Shown piece after piece: positions 31,301-43,900 of a stretch of DNA of 64,000 nt. The notes under the pieces are model-generated. The model had not been told where the DNA came from, did not search any database, and saw nothing but the letters and a program-made list of their open reading frames with translations. Made by a program: the position numbers and the translations under genes. Within the stretch, counting starts at the first letter, position 1. Each line of letters begins with the position of its first letter. Origin of the DNA: Thecamonas trahens ATCC 50062 (Eukaryota > Protista > Apusomonadida); the NCBI RefSeq assembly GCF_000142905.1, contig NW_013657675.1, positions 590,704 through 654,703 of the forward strand, given 5' to 3'.

Positions 31301-31357
31301 ATGCTCAAGTCTGCTCGGGTCTGCTCGGGTCTGCTCGGGGCTGCTCGGGTCTGCTCG
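31301..31357. repeat. (CTGCTCGGGT) 10-mer tandem repeat
   Basis: About five copies in the divergent intergenic region. Confidence 0.8.
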
Positions 31358-31912
31358 TGAGTCGGACTGCTCCTGGCTCTCCGGTTGCTGCTCTGTGAAC
31401 TTGGTGGATCGGCTCTTGCTGCTACTACGTCAAGAGGTAGTATGCAAAGGTCGAGTGTGGTGTCTGTGTCTGCTCTGAGCTCGAGTTCGAGGCTGTGAGA
31501 CTCAATGCCGTCCACGGCTTCCAATCGGTTGCCTCGTGGCGCGTCACCGCCTGTGAAGCCCGTCTGTGAGGGGTGTTGGACAGAGTGCTGAATGGTCGGC
31601 TGCGCAGCCCATCGCAAAGGCCCCACTGAGTGGGTACCTTGCTAATCCGCACCACAGCAAGCCTAGCCAGAGATCAGCCGCTGCAAGCATATGCCCCTTC
31701 TCCCTCTCTCTCCTCTCTCTCCCCCCCCACCCCCTCCACCCCTCCACACTTACCCATTTTTTTTGCCCCCACCCCCCACCCCCCATCCGTTCCCGCAAGC
31801 GCGAGCTCTAACCGACGTCTCGCGCCGTGACCCCGGCCGGACGGGACGGACCCCCCTTCCCTACTTCACTACCTCCACCCCACCCTCCACCCCCCTTCCT
31901 GTGCCCGTGGAT

Positions 31913-34900
31913 ATGTCTACGTCCCCTCCGACTTCTCACGACGGGACGGAGAGTGGGACGCCCTCTGCGTCGCGCATGCTCCACTCGACCAACACGGGGC
32001 GGCCTGCGTCGTCGCGGAGACTGACCATGTCCGAGCTCGATCCCCATCCTCAACCGGTGAGCACCAGGCAGACTCGTCATGGAGGTCATGACCAGGACAC
32101 CTCGTCCTCACACCAACATCAGCCGTCGCTTGCTGATCTTCATGCTGAAAAAGAGGACCTCGTTCAAGCCATTCATCAACTTATGGCTTCAGCATCGTCA
32201 AATGATGCCGCAACTCAGGCCGAGCTTGCTCTGCTCCGGGCACAGCTGTCGGCGCTCAACCCACCACCGCAGCTGGCGGCAGCCTCGCCGCAGCTCTCTC
32301 ACTCACCGACGGCCCATCACTCGCTCATGGCCATGCGTGATCGAATGGCCCGGCTCGAGGCCGAGCGAAACGACCTTGCGTCGCAGCTTGGCGCCGCGCA
32401 GGCAACGCTCTCGTCGCGGACGCTCGAGGCCTCCGAGTGGGCCTCGCGGTACGAGGTGGCGACGCAAGGCTGGCGCGAGAAGATCAAGACGCTCGAGGGA
32501 GCTCTCTCCAATACCAACGCAGACACCGCGGGCCTCAAGGCTCAGCTGGCTCAGCTAACCGACGCCAACGCCCGACTCGAGGCCGAGCTGGCCGCTGCGC
32601 AAGCCGCCGTCGCCGCGCACTCGTCCGAGGCCCGGACCTCTGCTCGCACCGCCCGCGAGGCCTCACACTCGGCCACTGTGCTGCAAGCCGAGCTCGACGA
32701 CGCGCGGTCTCACATCGAGACGCTCGCCACTCAGCTCCGCGAGGCCAACTCCAAATCGCGGTCGTCGTCGCGCATTCTCGAGCTCGTCCGCGCCACGCTC
32801 GCCGCCAACCCACGGGCTTCAGCCTATGCCATTACCGACGACACACTCATCCCACAAGCGCTTGCCTCGGTATTTGGTGACTATGACACTGCGCTGGACG
32901 ATGCGCGGGCTGCGCTGGCGCGGAAGAACGCCAACCTCGCCGCATCGTCGGCACAGGTCCACGCCCTTGACACCCAGATGGCAACGCTCTCGGCGTCGTA
33001 TGCTGGCTCGCCGGCCGCTGCTGCCTCGCTTGCCTCGTCAGCTGTCGAGACCGCCCACGCCTCGCAGTCCAAGCTCCGCGCCCAGATCCACGACCTCTCG
33101 CGACAGCTGCAGCTTGTGCGCGAGTCGGCTGCGCACGACGCGAACCAGGCGGCTGCGCGGCTCGACGCCGCGCTCACGGAGCGCGACGACGCCCGCGAGT
33201 CCGAGTCTGCTCTCCAGTCGCGCCTCCAGCTTGCCATTTCCAAGCTCTCGGCGGCATCGGCACGTGATGAAGCAACTTCGCGCGAGATTGACACCCTTCG
33301 TCGTGCGCTCGACTCGGCTGAGGCCGCAGCGCAGGACGCGGTGCTGGCGTGTACCAAGGCCCAGACCCAGGCCCGTGGCTACGCCTCGCAACTCGACGTG
33401 CTCACGCTTCAGTACAAGGCCGCGGCTGACAAGAACGCCACGCTGGCGACCGATCTCGCGGCGGCAGACGACGCCATTGCCGAGCTCCGCAGCCAGGTCC
33501 AGTCGCTCGAGGAGGCCAAGACCGAGGCCGAGCGTGCCCACCGTGCCGCGCTTGGCAAGGCGCGCGTGGCCTCGGAGGCCGCGGCGACCTCCAAGTCGCA
33601 TCTCGACCAACTCACGTCGCGGCTCGCGCGCTCCGACTTTGACACGTCTGCGCTCCGCACCACGCTTCGCGCCGCCGAGGCGGCTGCCGTCGACACCCGT
33701 GAGGACCTCCTCGCCGACAACACTGCCCTTGCCACCACCTGCCGCTCGCTGCGGTCGGACGTCTCGTCGGCACACGCCTCCCTTGCTGCTGCCCGCGAGC
33801 AGATCAAGGAGCTCACCGGCCAGGTTGCCGGGCTCAAGGCGCAGCTCGCGGCCAACGACGAGCTGCTTGCTGTCCGCGACGCCGCCGTCCGCGAAATGGA
33901 CACCAAGCTCACCACCCTGCAGACGCTCTACACCAACTCGACAGCGGCGGCCGAAAACGTCAACTCAGCCGCCATCCACCAGGTCAAGCTCGCTCTCGAC
34001 ACCGCCAAGGCCGACGCCGCCGCCGCTGCCGACGCCACCCGCGCCGCTGAGCGCGACGCCGCCGCCAAGGCCGAGGCCGTTGCCAAGCTCAAGGCGAGCC
34101 TCGCCGACCGCGACACAACAATCGCCCGCCTCGAGTCGCAGATTGCGGTCTCCAAGACCGGCTCGACCCGCGATGCCGACCTCCGCGCTCACCTGCAGGC
34201 GGTCAACGAGCGGCTTGAGACTCAGCTGGCTGCAGTGACACGCGAGAAGCGCAAGGCCACCACCGAGGCGCACGCCCACATCGACTCGCTCAAGACCCAG
34301 CTCGCGTCGCTCACGTCCAAGCTCGACTCAGAGGCCGCTATCAACGCTGACCTGCGGACGCAGCTCACGGCAGCGTTTGACGACGCGTCGGCGTCGCGTG
34401 CCGCGCTTGTATCGTCTGAGGATGCACTTGTCTCGGTCCGCGAGGAGTTTGCGCTCGCCGTCAACAAGTTTGCCGCTGACAAGCACGCGCTTACTCAGGC
34501 GCTCGCCACGGCCAAGGCCAATATTGCGGCGCTCACCTCTGCACGCGACACTGCACTCGACGAGGCGGCGACCGCAGCGTCCGACGCCGACGCGGCTACA
34601 AAGGCCCGGGCCGCCACCGAGGCCAAACTCGCGGTCACCAACTCGGAGCTGGCAGCCGCCAAGGCCTCGGCCTCGTCGTCGCTCTCGATGATCGACACTA
34701 TGAAGGAGCACCACGCTGCCGAAGCTGCTGGCCTCCGCAAGCAGATCAACTCAATCACCAATGAGCTCAACGCAGCGCGGACCTCGCTCGCCACGTGCTC
34801 GTCCAAGTCAGAGGCCTCGGTCGCCGATCTCAAGCGGACCCACGCGTCCCAGGTCGATGCGCTTGAGTCGGCGCTTGCCGACCTCCGGAGCCAGCTTGCA

Positions 34901-37900
34901 TCCAAGGCCGCGGCGCTGGAGACTGCCCAGGCCGAGGCGCTGGTGGAGGCCCAGAACGCTGAGGCGCTCGCCGACACCCTCCGCGACCGCATTACTGAGC
35001 TCGAGTCGACGTCGGCGGCGGCAGCCGACGCTGCTGCGCTCGAGACCCGGTCGCTGCACGCCAAGATCAAGTCACTCAACCAGGCCAAGGACTTGCTCGA
35101 GGCGCAACTTGCCCGCGCCAAGCAGCAAAACGAGTTCCTTGACCACGCGCTCTCCACCGCCCGCGAGGAGGCATCGCACTCGATGCGCATGTCGCAGGCT
35201 GGCTCCAAGCAGCTTGAGTCAGTCATCACCAACCTTCGCTCACAGCACGAGGACGCACTCTCGTCGGCCCAGGCGCAACGGACTCAGTTTGAGGACACGC
35301 TCCGCGAGACCCAGGAGGCGCTCGCGGCCGAGGCCAAGCGATCGGCGGCAGCAGCGGCCCAGGTCGTCGAGCTCTCGGCACGGGCCGACGACCTCGCGTC
35401 ACAGCTCGCGGCCGTCACTACCGACCGTGACATGGCGACGGCGGCCCTCGACGCCGCAAAGGCCGACGCTGCCACCAAGCTCGACCTTCTCTCTGCCAGG
35501 CTCCAGGCGCGGTCGGACGAGCTCGACGCAGTGCGTCGCGACGAGTCGACTGCTGTCGCTGCACTCCAGGCCCAGCTTGTCGAGACCCGTGAGACCGTGG
35601 CGAACCTCGAGGACGAGCTCGCCGCCGCTCGTGGTGCCGCTGCCCTCGCGGCCAACGCCGCGGCGTCCAAGGCTGCGGCGGCGGCCGAAGAGCTGTCCGC
35701 GCTCAAGGCCGAGGCCAGTGCGCTCAAGGCAACACTGTCCAAGACCAAAACACGGGCTCGGGCACGCGAGGACGACCTCACGCGCGAGCTCAACGCCCGG
35801 ACCGCCGAGCTTGCGGCAGCCCGCGAGGAGGCGCTCCAGTCGGCGTCGTCGTCAACCGAGGAAAACCAGCAGCTCGCGCACAAGCTCGCACACCTCCAGA
35901 CGAAGCTCTCGACCACGGTCGACGACCTGCATGCAGCACAGAATCAGGCCCGCACCGCCGAGGCCACCGTCAACGATCTTCGCCTCGAGCTCGACGCCAC
36001 CAACCGGGCGCTGGCCGAGTCCAACGCCCAGCTGGGGCGGACCAAGTCGGATCATGAGCGAACGCTTGAGCTGCAGCGGAAGCAGGCGGCAAGCGCTGCA
36101 GCGCTCGCGGCGCAGCGTCTCGACGCTGCCGACGACGCCAACGCCGATTTGCAGCGGCGACTCACCGAGGCCCGCACATCACTCACGGCCTCGCGTGCGT
36201 CCGAGAAGGCGCTTACTGCCGCCCGCGACGACGCACAGGCCCGCGTCAACGAGCTCACCGCCCAGCTCACCTCGCTCAAGACCCAACTATCAGTATCAAC
36301 TGAGGATGCGCGCGCCGACGCGTCGCGCCACGCGGAAGAGACCGCCAAGGTCGAGAGTCAGCTCAAGAACCACATCCGCGAGCTGGAGTCGGCCCTTGCA
36401 GTCGCCAAGGACGCAGCAAACTCGGCGACGCTCACCCAGTCGGCGGCCGAGACCGAGGCCAAGGACGCCAAAGCAACGGCGGCCTCGCTCAAGGCTGAGC
36501 TCGCCGCTGTCCGGGCTCAGGCTGCGGCAGCTGCCGACGAGGCCACCGCCGCCGCCAACGCGGCTCGCGAGCTGGCGCTCGCCGAGGAGCGCGGTCACGC
36601 TGCCGAGCTTGCGGCGCTCCAGCGTGAGCTTGCCGCCGTCAATACCGCCCTTGACGCCACCCGCGCCTCGCTCGACAAGGAGGCCGAGCACTGGCGGTCG
36701 GTGCTAGAGGAGTCGTCGACCAAGTCGAACCACGAGCTCGCCGCTGCACGCGAGGCCACCGCCCACGCCGAGAAGACCGTCGACATGCTGCGGACTCAGC
36801 TGACGGCGGCAGTCTCGGAGCGCGATAGCCTCCGGGCACAGCTGACCTCGACCGAGACTGGACAGCACTCTGCTGAGGCGGAAGCCGAGGCCATCTCGGC
36901 CCAGCTTGAGCTTCAGAAGCAGGTGACCGCCCAGACCCAGGCCGAGCTTGCCGACGCCCGCACCGCGCTGGCGAGCCGGACTCAGGAGCTCGAGAGCAAG
37001 CACGACGCGCTCCGCGCTGCCAACATGGAGCTCTCGGCGCTTCAGGCGCAGCTGGCACGGGCCGAAGACCACGCGTCCGAGATGGAAGCCAAGCTCGCGG
37101 CTCGCGCCGCCGACGCCGACGATGAGATCAAGCGCTGGCGCGACCGGCTCGACGAGGCCACCCGCGATCGGGCAGCAGACGCTGCCGCCGCCGAGGCTGC
37201 TGCACACACGGCCTCGCTCGCTGCAGAGCACGCTGCGGCCCAGATCGAGGCGCTGCGCGACGATCTCGCTCGTGAGCGTAGCGCTGTCGCCGAGGCACAC
37301 ACCCGGCTCGCGGCGGTTAACGAGGACATGGTCATTACCAAGACAGCACTCACGGCACTGCAAGGCACGGTCGAGCGCGATGCAGCAGCGGCGGCACAGG
37401 CCGAGCGCGCTGCGCGCGGCGAGCTTGCTGCCGAAGCTGCCGCCCACACCGCGACCCGCAACGCGCGTGACAAGGCCGAGGCCGCCGCCGAAACGGCGAG
37501 CGCCAAGGCGTCCGAGCTGGCGACTCAGCTGGCGTCGGCATCGGCCAAGCTCGAGGCCGCCGAGGCCGAGGCTGCTTCTGGGCGGGCCATTATTGCTGCG
37601 CTCGAGACCCGGGTCGCGGACGCCGAGCGCAAGCTGGAGACCTCGACCGGCGCACACAGTGTGCTTGCCGATCATGCATCGGCGCTCGAAGCCGACCTCC
37701 GCGAGGCACGGACCAAGCTTGAGGCGACGAGTGCTGCAGCCCGCGACGCCGTCACGGCGCGCGACCGGATGGCGACGGCGCTTGAGCGGGCACAGACCGA
37801 AAAGGCGCACTGGAATACCATGCATGAAGACCGTAAGCACGAGGTCGCAGAGCTGGAGGCGGCCAAGTCGCGACTGTTTGATGAGCTCACCCGCGAGCGG

Positions 37901-40900
37901 GCGGCATGTAAGGCTGCGGAGCGCAACGCGGCCTCGGCTGAGGCGAGCGCGAGCGCAAGCGACGAGCGGGTTGCTGCACTCAACGCGCAGGTCGCGTCGC
38001 TCAAGGCCTCGCTCGGCGAGAAGACATCAGCGGTCAAGACGGCGGCGGCCGACGCGGACGCCAGCCGGGCCCAGTCGAACGCACTCACGGACACGCTCGC
38101 GGAGGTCAAGGCCGAGATGGCCAAGACCAAGGCCGAGCTCGAGCACGCGCGCGCAATGGCGCGCGACGCTAGCGCGGCCCGGCACGCTGCCGAACTCACC
38201 GCCGACGAGCTTCGGAGCCAGCTGCAGTCGCGGGTCGACGAGCTCCACGCGGCAGAGACCGAACTCGGGAAAGCGTCCGCCAAGGTCGTGAGCCTCCACG
38301 GCACGCTGGCCGACACCAAGCGGGCGCTGGAGCAAAAGCACGCCGAGCTGTCGACGGCGTCGAACGAGGCCGACGAGGCGCAGGCGGCGCAGCGCCAGCT
38401 CCAGGCGCGGGTTGACGAGCTGACGAACAGGCTCGGCGGGACGGCGGCGAGTCTCGCAGCGGCGCAGGCGTCGGGCGAGGCTGCTGAGGCCCGGGCGCGT
38501 GAGCTCAGCGACGAGCTTGACAACGTGCGCCACAAGTATGAGGCGCTGACAGCCGACCATACTGCGTCGGTTGCCGACTTGGCAACGGCGCGGTCTGACG
38601 CAAGGGCAGCAGCGTCGAACGCGTCGCGGCTGGAGAACGAGCTGTCGCGGACAAGCCACGATCATCGCGCGGCGCTCTCCGAGCTTGCAACGCTCTCCGA
38701 GTCTGTGGCGCTCGAAAAGTCACAGGCGCACGCATCGACACTGGCACTAGCATCGATGGAGGCGTCGTTGACGCGGTACTCGACACACGAGACGTCGTTG
38801 GCGGACGAGCTCGACGAAGTGCGAATGACCGAGCGCGAGCTGCGTGCGCGGCTGATGCGGCTCGAGGTCAATGACGAGGTGCTCCGCGAGCAGCTTGCGG
38901 CCGCCAAGGAGCTCGCAGAGAGCCGGGCCACCGACGCTCAGGTGGCGCGCGAGAGGCTGGCGGCGTTGACGGACGATGCGACCGAAGCGCAGGCCGAAGT
39001 GGCTCGGCTGAACGATCTTGTGCGTGCGCGGAGCCGCGAGGCCGAGCAGCTTGCGTTCAAGAGGGACGCAACTATTGCATCGCTGGAGGACCAGGTGCTC
39101 TCGCTCTCGGAGGAACTCAACGCACGGGCCAAGGCCGTCGATGAGTTTGAGGCCGCTGTCCAGGAGCTGCACAACACGTCGGTGGTGGCCGAAGCAACCG
39201 CGGCCAAGCAGATCAATGCACTGGCGAGCGAGCGCGACACGGCCAAGTCTGCGGCACAGAGAGCAGACGAAGCGAGGGCAGCCGCGGTCAAGGAGCTCAA
39301 GCTCGCCAAGGCCGAGGTTGCGACGCTGAGCAACGCGCTGGCGGCGCAAAGGGACGAGACTGCCGAGGCGCAGCGACACGCGCTTGGGCAGCACCAAGCG
39401 CGCGAGCTCGAGTCGACCCGGCTAGAGGCACTGACAGGCCAGCACGAGGCTGCTAGTCAGGAGCTTGCGCAGCTGCGAGCGGCCCACGAGGCTCAGCGGA
39501 ACGAGCTCGAGACGGCGCGGCGCGAGCTGCTGCGGTACGAGGCGCGGCGCGAGGCGCTGGACGAGTCGGTCTCGGCCTCGCAGATGTGGATGTCGGACAC
39601 AGTGTCGCGGGCCGACAAGCTTGCGGCGGAGCTCGCCGAGCTGCGTGGGTCGTCGGAGGAGACGGCGGCAGCGTTGCGCACTGCGCGCGAGGCAGAGGCA
39701 GCGGCGCGCAGCGCTGCGGCGCGTGAGGCAGCCGAGCATGCCGAGACCCGCAAAGCTCTTGTGGCTGCGGAGAGCTCGCTGGCGCGGGTCTCGACGACGC
39801 TGTCGCAGGTGCAGGACGACGCGGCAGCGCGCGAGGCGTCGCTACTGACCCAGCTGGAGTCGTCGTCGACGAACCGCGACACGGTGTTTGCGCGGCACCG
39901 CGATGCGCTCGACGAGGTGGCAGCGCTACGGTCCGAGGCTGCGTCGGCCAAGGCGGCCGCTGGAGCACTGCAGGACCAGGTCCGCATTCTGTCTCGTGAG
40001 CTTGAAGCGGCACAGAGCGGTCTGGCATCGGAGCGCAGCGCTCATACTGCGGTCCGTGATGAGTGGAAGTTGCTCAATGAGCAGCTCTCCGAGGCAAAAC
40101 AGGAGCTTGTGGCGCTGCGGGCGAGCGCCGAGTCGAGCGCGAGTGCACTGGCACGGGAGACTGGCGCGGCGCGCGAGGCGAGTATTGCAGCGCGCGAAGC
40201 GAGCGGACGGGCCAATGCGCTGGAGGCGCGGGTGAACACGACCGAGCAGGCACTGAAGGACGCTCTGGCATCGCTGGAGCGAACAAACGTGACCGAGGCT
40301 TCGCTGCGGAGCGAGCTGGCGTCAGTCAAGGCGGCGTTGGCTGCTGCCGAGGAGCGGGCGCACGGCCGGGTCGGTGAGCTGGCGAGCGCCCAGGCGAGCG
40401 CGCAAGCAGCCGAGCTTGCAGCGTCACAGGCCGAGGCGCAGAGTGCGGCACTGGTGGCGTCCAAGGACCAGACTATCAGCATGCTGCGGGCGTCGCTCGA
40501 CGAGACCACGTCGTCGAAGAAGCAGCTCGAGCTCGACCTGCATTCTGCGGTGGAACAGATTTCCCAGCTACAGGACTCGCTCCGGGAGCTGCAGGCTCAG
40601 GTCTCGAGCCAGGCGGCATCTGAGGATGCGCTCTCGACACTCTCGAACCAGCTGGAGACGTCTGTGATGCAGGCGGAGCACCAGCGGGAGGATCTCGCGC
40701 ATCGGCTCGCGGCAGCGCTCGAGGAGCGAAACCGGCTCTCACAAGAGGTGCTTCGGGCTGGGCATGAGCTCGAAAAGGAAGCCGCGGAGCACGCGCACAC
40801 TGCAGACAAGCTTCGCGAGTTGCGGGCGGAGCATGAGGCAAGTGAGGCACGGGCGGCGGCAGGGAGCGAGGAGCTTGCCAAGCTCAAGACGGCGCTCGAA

Positions 40901-43900
40901 GTTGCTCGCGCGCAGCTAGCAGAGCGGACGACGCAGACCGACGCGGCGGCGGACCGTGTGGCCGAAGCCGAGGCCCAGACGGCGGCGACGACTGCAGAGC
41001 TCGAGGAGACGCGGCGGTCGCTTGAGAGCGCGGACCGACGGGCGCGGGCTGCGGATGGTCGGGCGGCCAAGCAGGCCGAGCGGGCGGATGCCGAGGCAGC
41101 CAAGGCTGCAAATGCGCTGGAGGATGCTGCGGCGCTGCGGCGCGAGGTCGAGGCGTGCAAGGCTGAGATGGAGCAGCTGAAGGTCCGAATGGCTTCCCAG
41201 GCAGCGCTGACGGCGCAGCTTAAGGGCCAGGACGCGGCGGCGGCGACAACGCTGGCGCAGCTGCGCGAGAGCCTGGCGGCGACGGCGGACGACCGGGCGC
41301 GGCTGCAGAGCTCGATTGAGGCAGCACTGCAGGCCAAGGTACAGGCCGAGTCGGAGGCTGCAGGGCTCGCGGCGCAGCTAGAAGCCGCACAATCGATGTG
41401 CCACGACAGGGCTGCTGTGGCGCAGGCAGCGCAGGCGCAGCTCCATGCTGCAGAGCAAAAGATTGAGTCGCTGGCCAGTGCGCTTGAGGCGAACCGCGGT
41501 GAGCTGCGCGCAGCGCGGCAGACGGCAGCGCGAGCCGAGCAGGCTGCAGACGAGATCCGGGCGGACCTTGCGCGGACGCGTGAAGCACTCAGTACCGAGT
41601 CGACGACGCTTGCCGAGGCCATGGATGAGTGCGTTAGTAATGCCGACTCTCGGGCTGCAGCCCAGGCCGAGCTTGCGATGGCGCAGGAGGCGCTCGACGA
41701 GGCCCGTGCCGAGGTTGCGCGGCTCTCGGCGCGGGTGGAGGCCGCGGAGCGGACAGCGAGCTCCGCACAGGAGCGCGCCAAGCAGTTGCAGGCGAGTCTG
41801 AGCTTGCGAAGCGAGGCGCACGCCAAGGTTGCGGCCGAGCTGGAGATGTTGCGCTCTCGCGAGGCCGAGGCTGTGGAGGCACGGGCCAAGGCCGACGGGG
41901 TGGTGGAACGGCTGCGGGCGATGCTGGACAAGATTCGGAGCGAGAGCCACGCCGAGGCTCAGGAGGCAGCGCGGCGGCTGGCGGCAGCGCAGCAAGAGGC
42001 AGCGCATGCCAAGAGCGAGGCCGTGGCTCAGAGCACGGCTCTGGCTGGACGTGAGCAGGAGCTGGCGGCGTCGACCCGCGCGGCCGGAAGCCTCCGACGC
42101 GAGCTCGACAGCGCGCTCGCGATGCAGGCCGAGACCAGCACCCGACTGGAGCAGGCTCGTGCCGAGGCGAAGTCGCTGCGGGCGCAGGTTGCGTCGAAGG
42201 AGGCCACGCTGGGCGAGCTGCGGGAGGCGTTGGGCAAGGCGCAGGCTGAGCTCGAAAGCGAGCGAATGCATGCCGAGATGGCGGTGACCGAGCTCCGGAG
42301 CGAGGTGACTGAGGCGGCGGAGGCGCGGCGCCAGGCCGACGCTGCGGTGGCATCACTCACGACGCAGCTGCGGCTGTACGAGAGCGAGTCGCGGACGCCG
42401 AAGAAGATTCTTGAGTCGCTGCAGAGTCAGATGGCGGAGCTGGATGCGTCCAAATCCGAGCTGGCAGACCAGGAAGCGCTGGAGGCCAAGGTGGCGTCAC
42501 TGGAGGATGCGCTCCGGGTGTCGCGGGCGAGCGAGACTCAGGCGCGGATCGACTTGGAAGGCGAGCGCAAGGCAGCGTCGGAGCTTGCGATGTCGGCGGC
42601 TGCGGATCGCGAGGCGCTGGTGCGGGCGCAGGAGCAAGCCAAGTTCTTCGAGTCGCAGGCGGAGCAGCTTGCGTCTGCCAAGGCGAACGCCGAGGCCAAG
42701 GTTGTTGCCCACTCCAAGGCCAAGTCAAAGCAGCGTGACCTCATTTCGCGGCTCACGACCAAGTGCAACGAGCTCAAGGTCGCGGTGAGGGAGGAGCGTG
42801 AGGCGATTGGTCGGGTGCAGGTGGAGCTTGCGGCGGTCCGCGAGGAGCACTCGTTCTGCGCGAGCAAGCAGGCCGAGCTGCGCGAGCAGCTCTCGGAACT
42901 CTCCGAGTTGGCGTCGCATGGCGACCAGCTGCCCCAGGTGCAGATCAAGGCCAAGAAGCTGGCGATCAAGCTGCGGACGGTGATGGGTGAGCTCGAGCAA
43001 GCGCAGGCGGAGGCAGCCGCTGCGCGGGCCGATGCTGCGGAGGCACGTGCGAGCGCCCAGGCCGCGGAAGCAAAGGCGAATGCAGCGTCTGCGGGACGAG
43101 CGCGAGCCGAGGCTTTGGCGAACGAGGCGGATGCGCAGGTGTTGGCGGTTCGGCGCGAGGCTGACGAGCGCATCGCGGCGGTGAAGAAGAAGGCCGCGGC
43201 GCGTGTGGCAGCTGCCGAGGAGGCCAACTCGGAGACGGCGGCAAACCGCAAGGCGCGGGTGACACTTGAGGATATGCGCAAAAAGTACGAGTCGCGGGTG
43301 AAGCGGCTCGAGTCCAAGGTGAGTTCTGTGAGCCGGACGCGGTCGTCGCTGCAGACCGAGCTCGAGGAGGCACTGTCCAAGGTGTCTGAGATGGAGGTGA
43401 CGAACATGCAGCACCTCAAGGTGGTGCACGCGCTGGAGGAGGCGTCGGAAGAAAACAAGAAGCTCCGGGCACAGCTGGCACAGATGCGGATCAAGTACAA
43501 GACGGTCAAGGGCGTGGCGGCGCAGCAGCGGCAGGTGGTGCCGGCGCACCTCCGGAGGGTGCTGACCGAGACGGAGCACGATGCGATGTTTGGCGACGAC
43601 TCGGAGATGGACGTGGCGATCACGCCGACGATGGCGGCGATCACGTCGAATGCGGCGGCGCACGAGGAGGCCTCGCGGTGCCTTGCGCTCGTTGCGTCGC
43701 TCAAGTCGCAGCTTGCGGCGGTGACGTCGCCGAGCAAGACCGGCGCTGGCGCGAGTGACGAGGCTGTCCATATGGCAGCGTCGGATCCGGTCGGCTCGCT
43801 GCGTTCAGCCATCCTTCCGGTTGTCTCTGTTGTCGACGAGCTGGAGGACATCATCGCACACATGGACATCTCCGACGAGAGTCTGGGAATCCATGGCGGC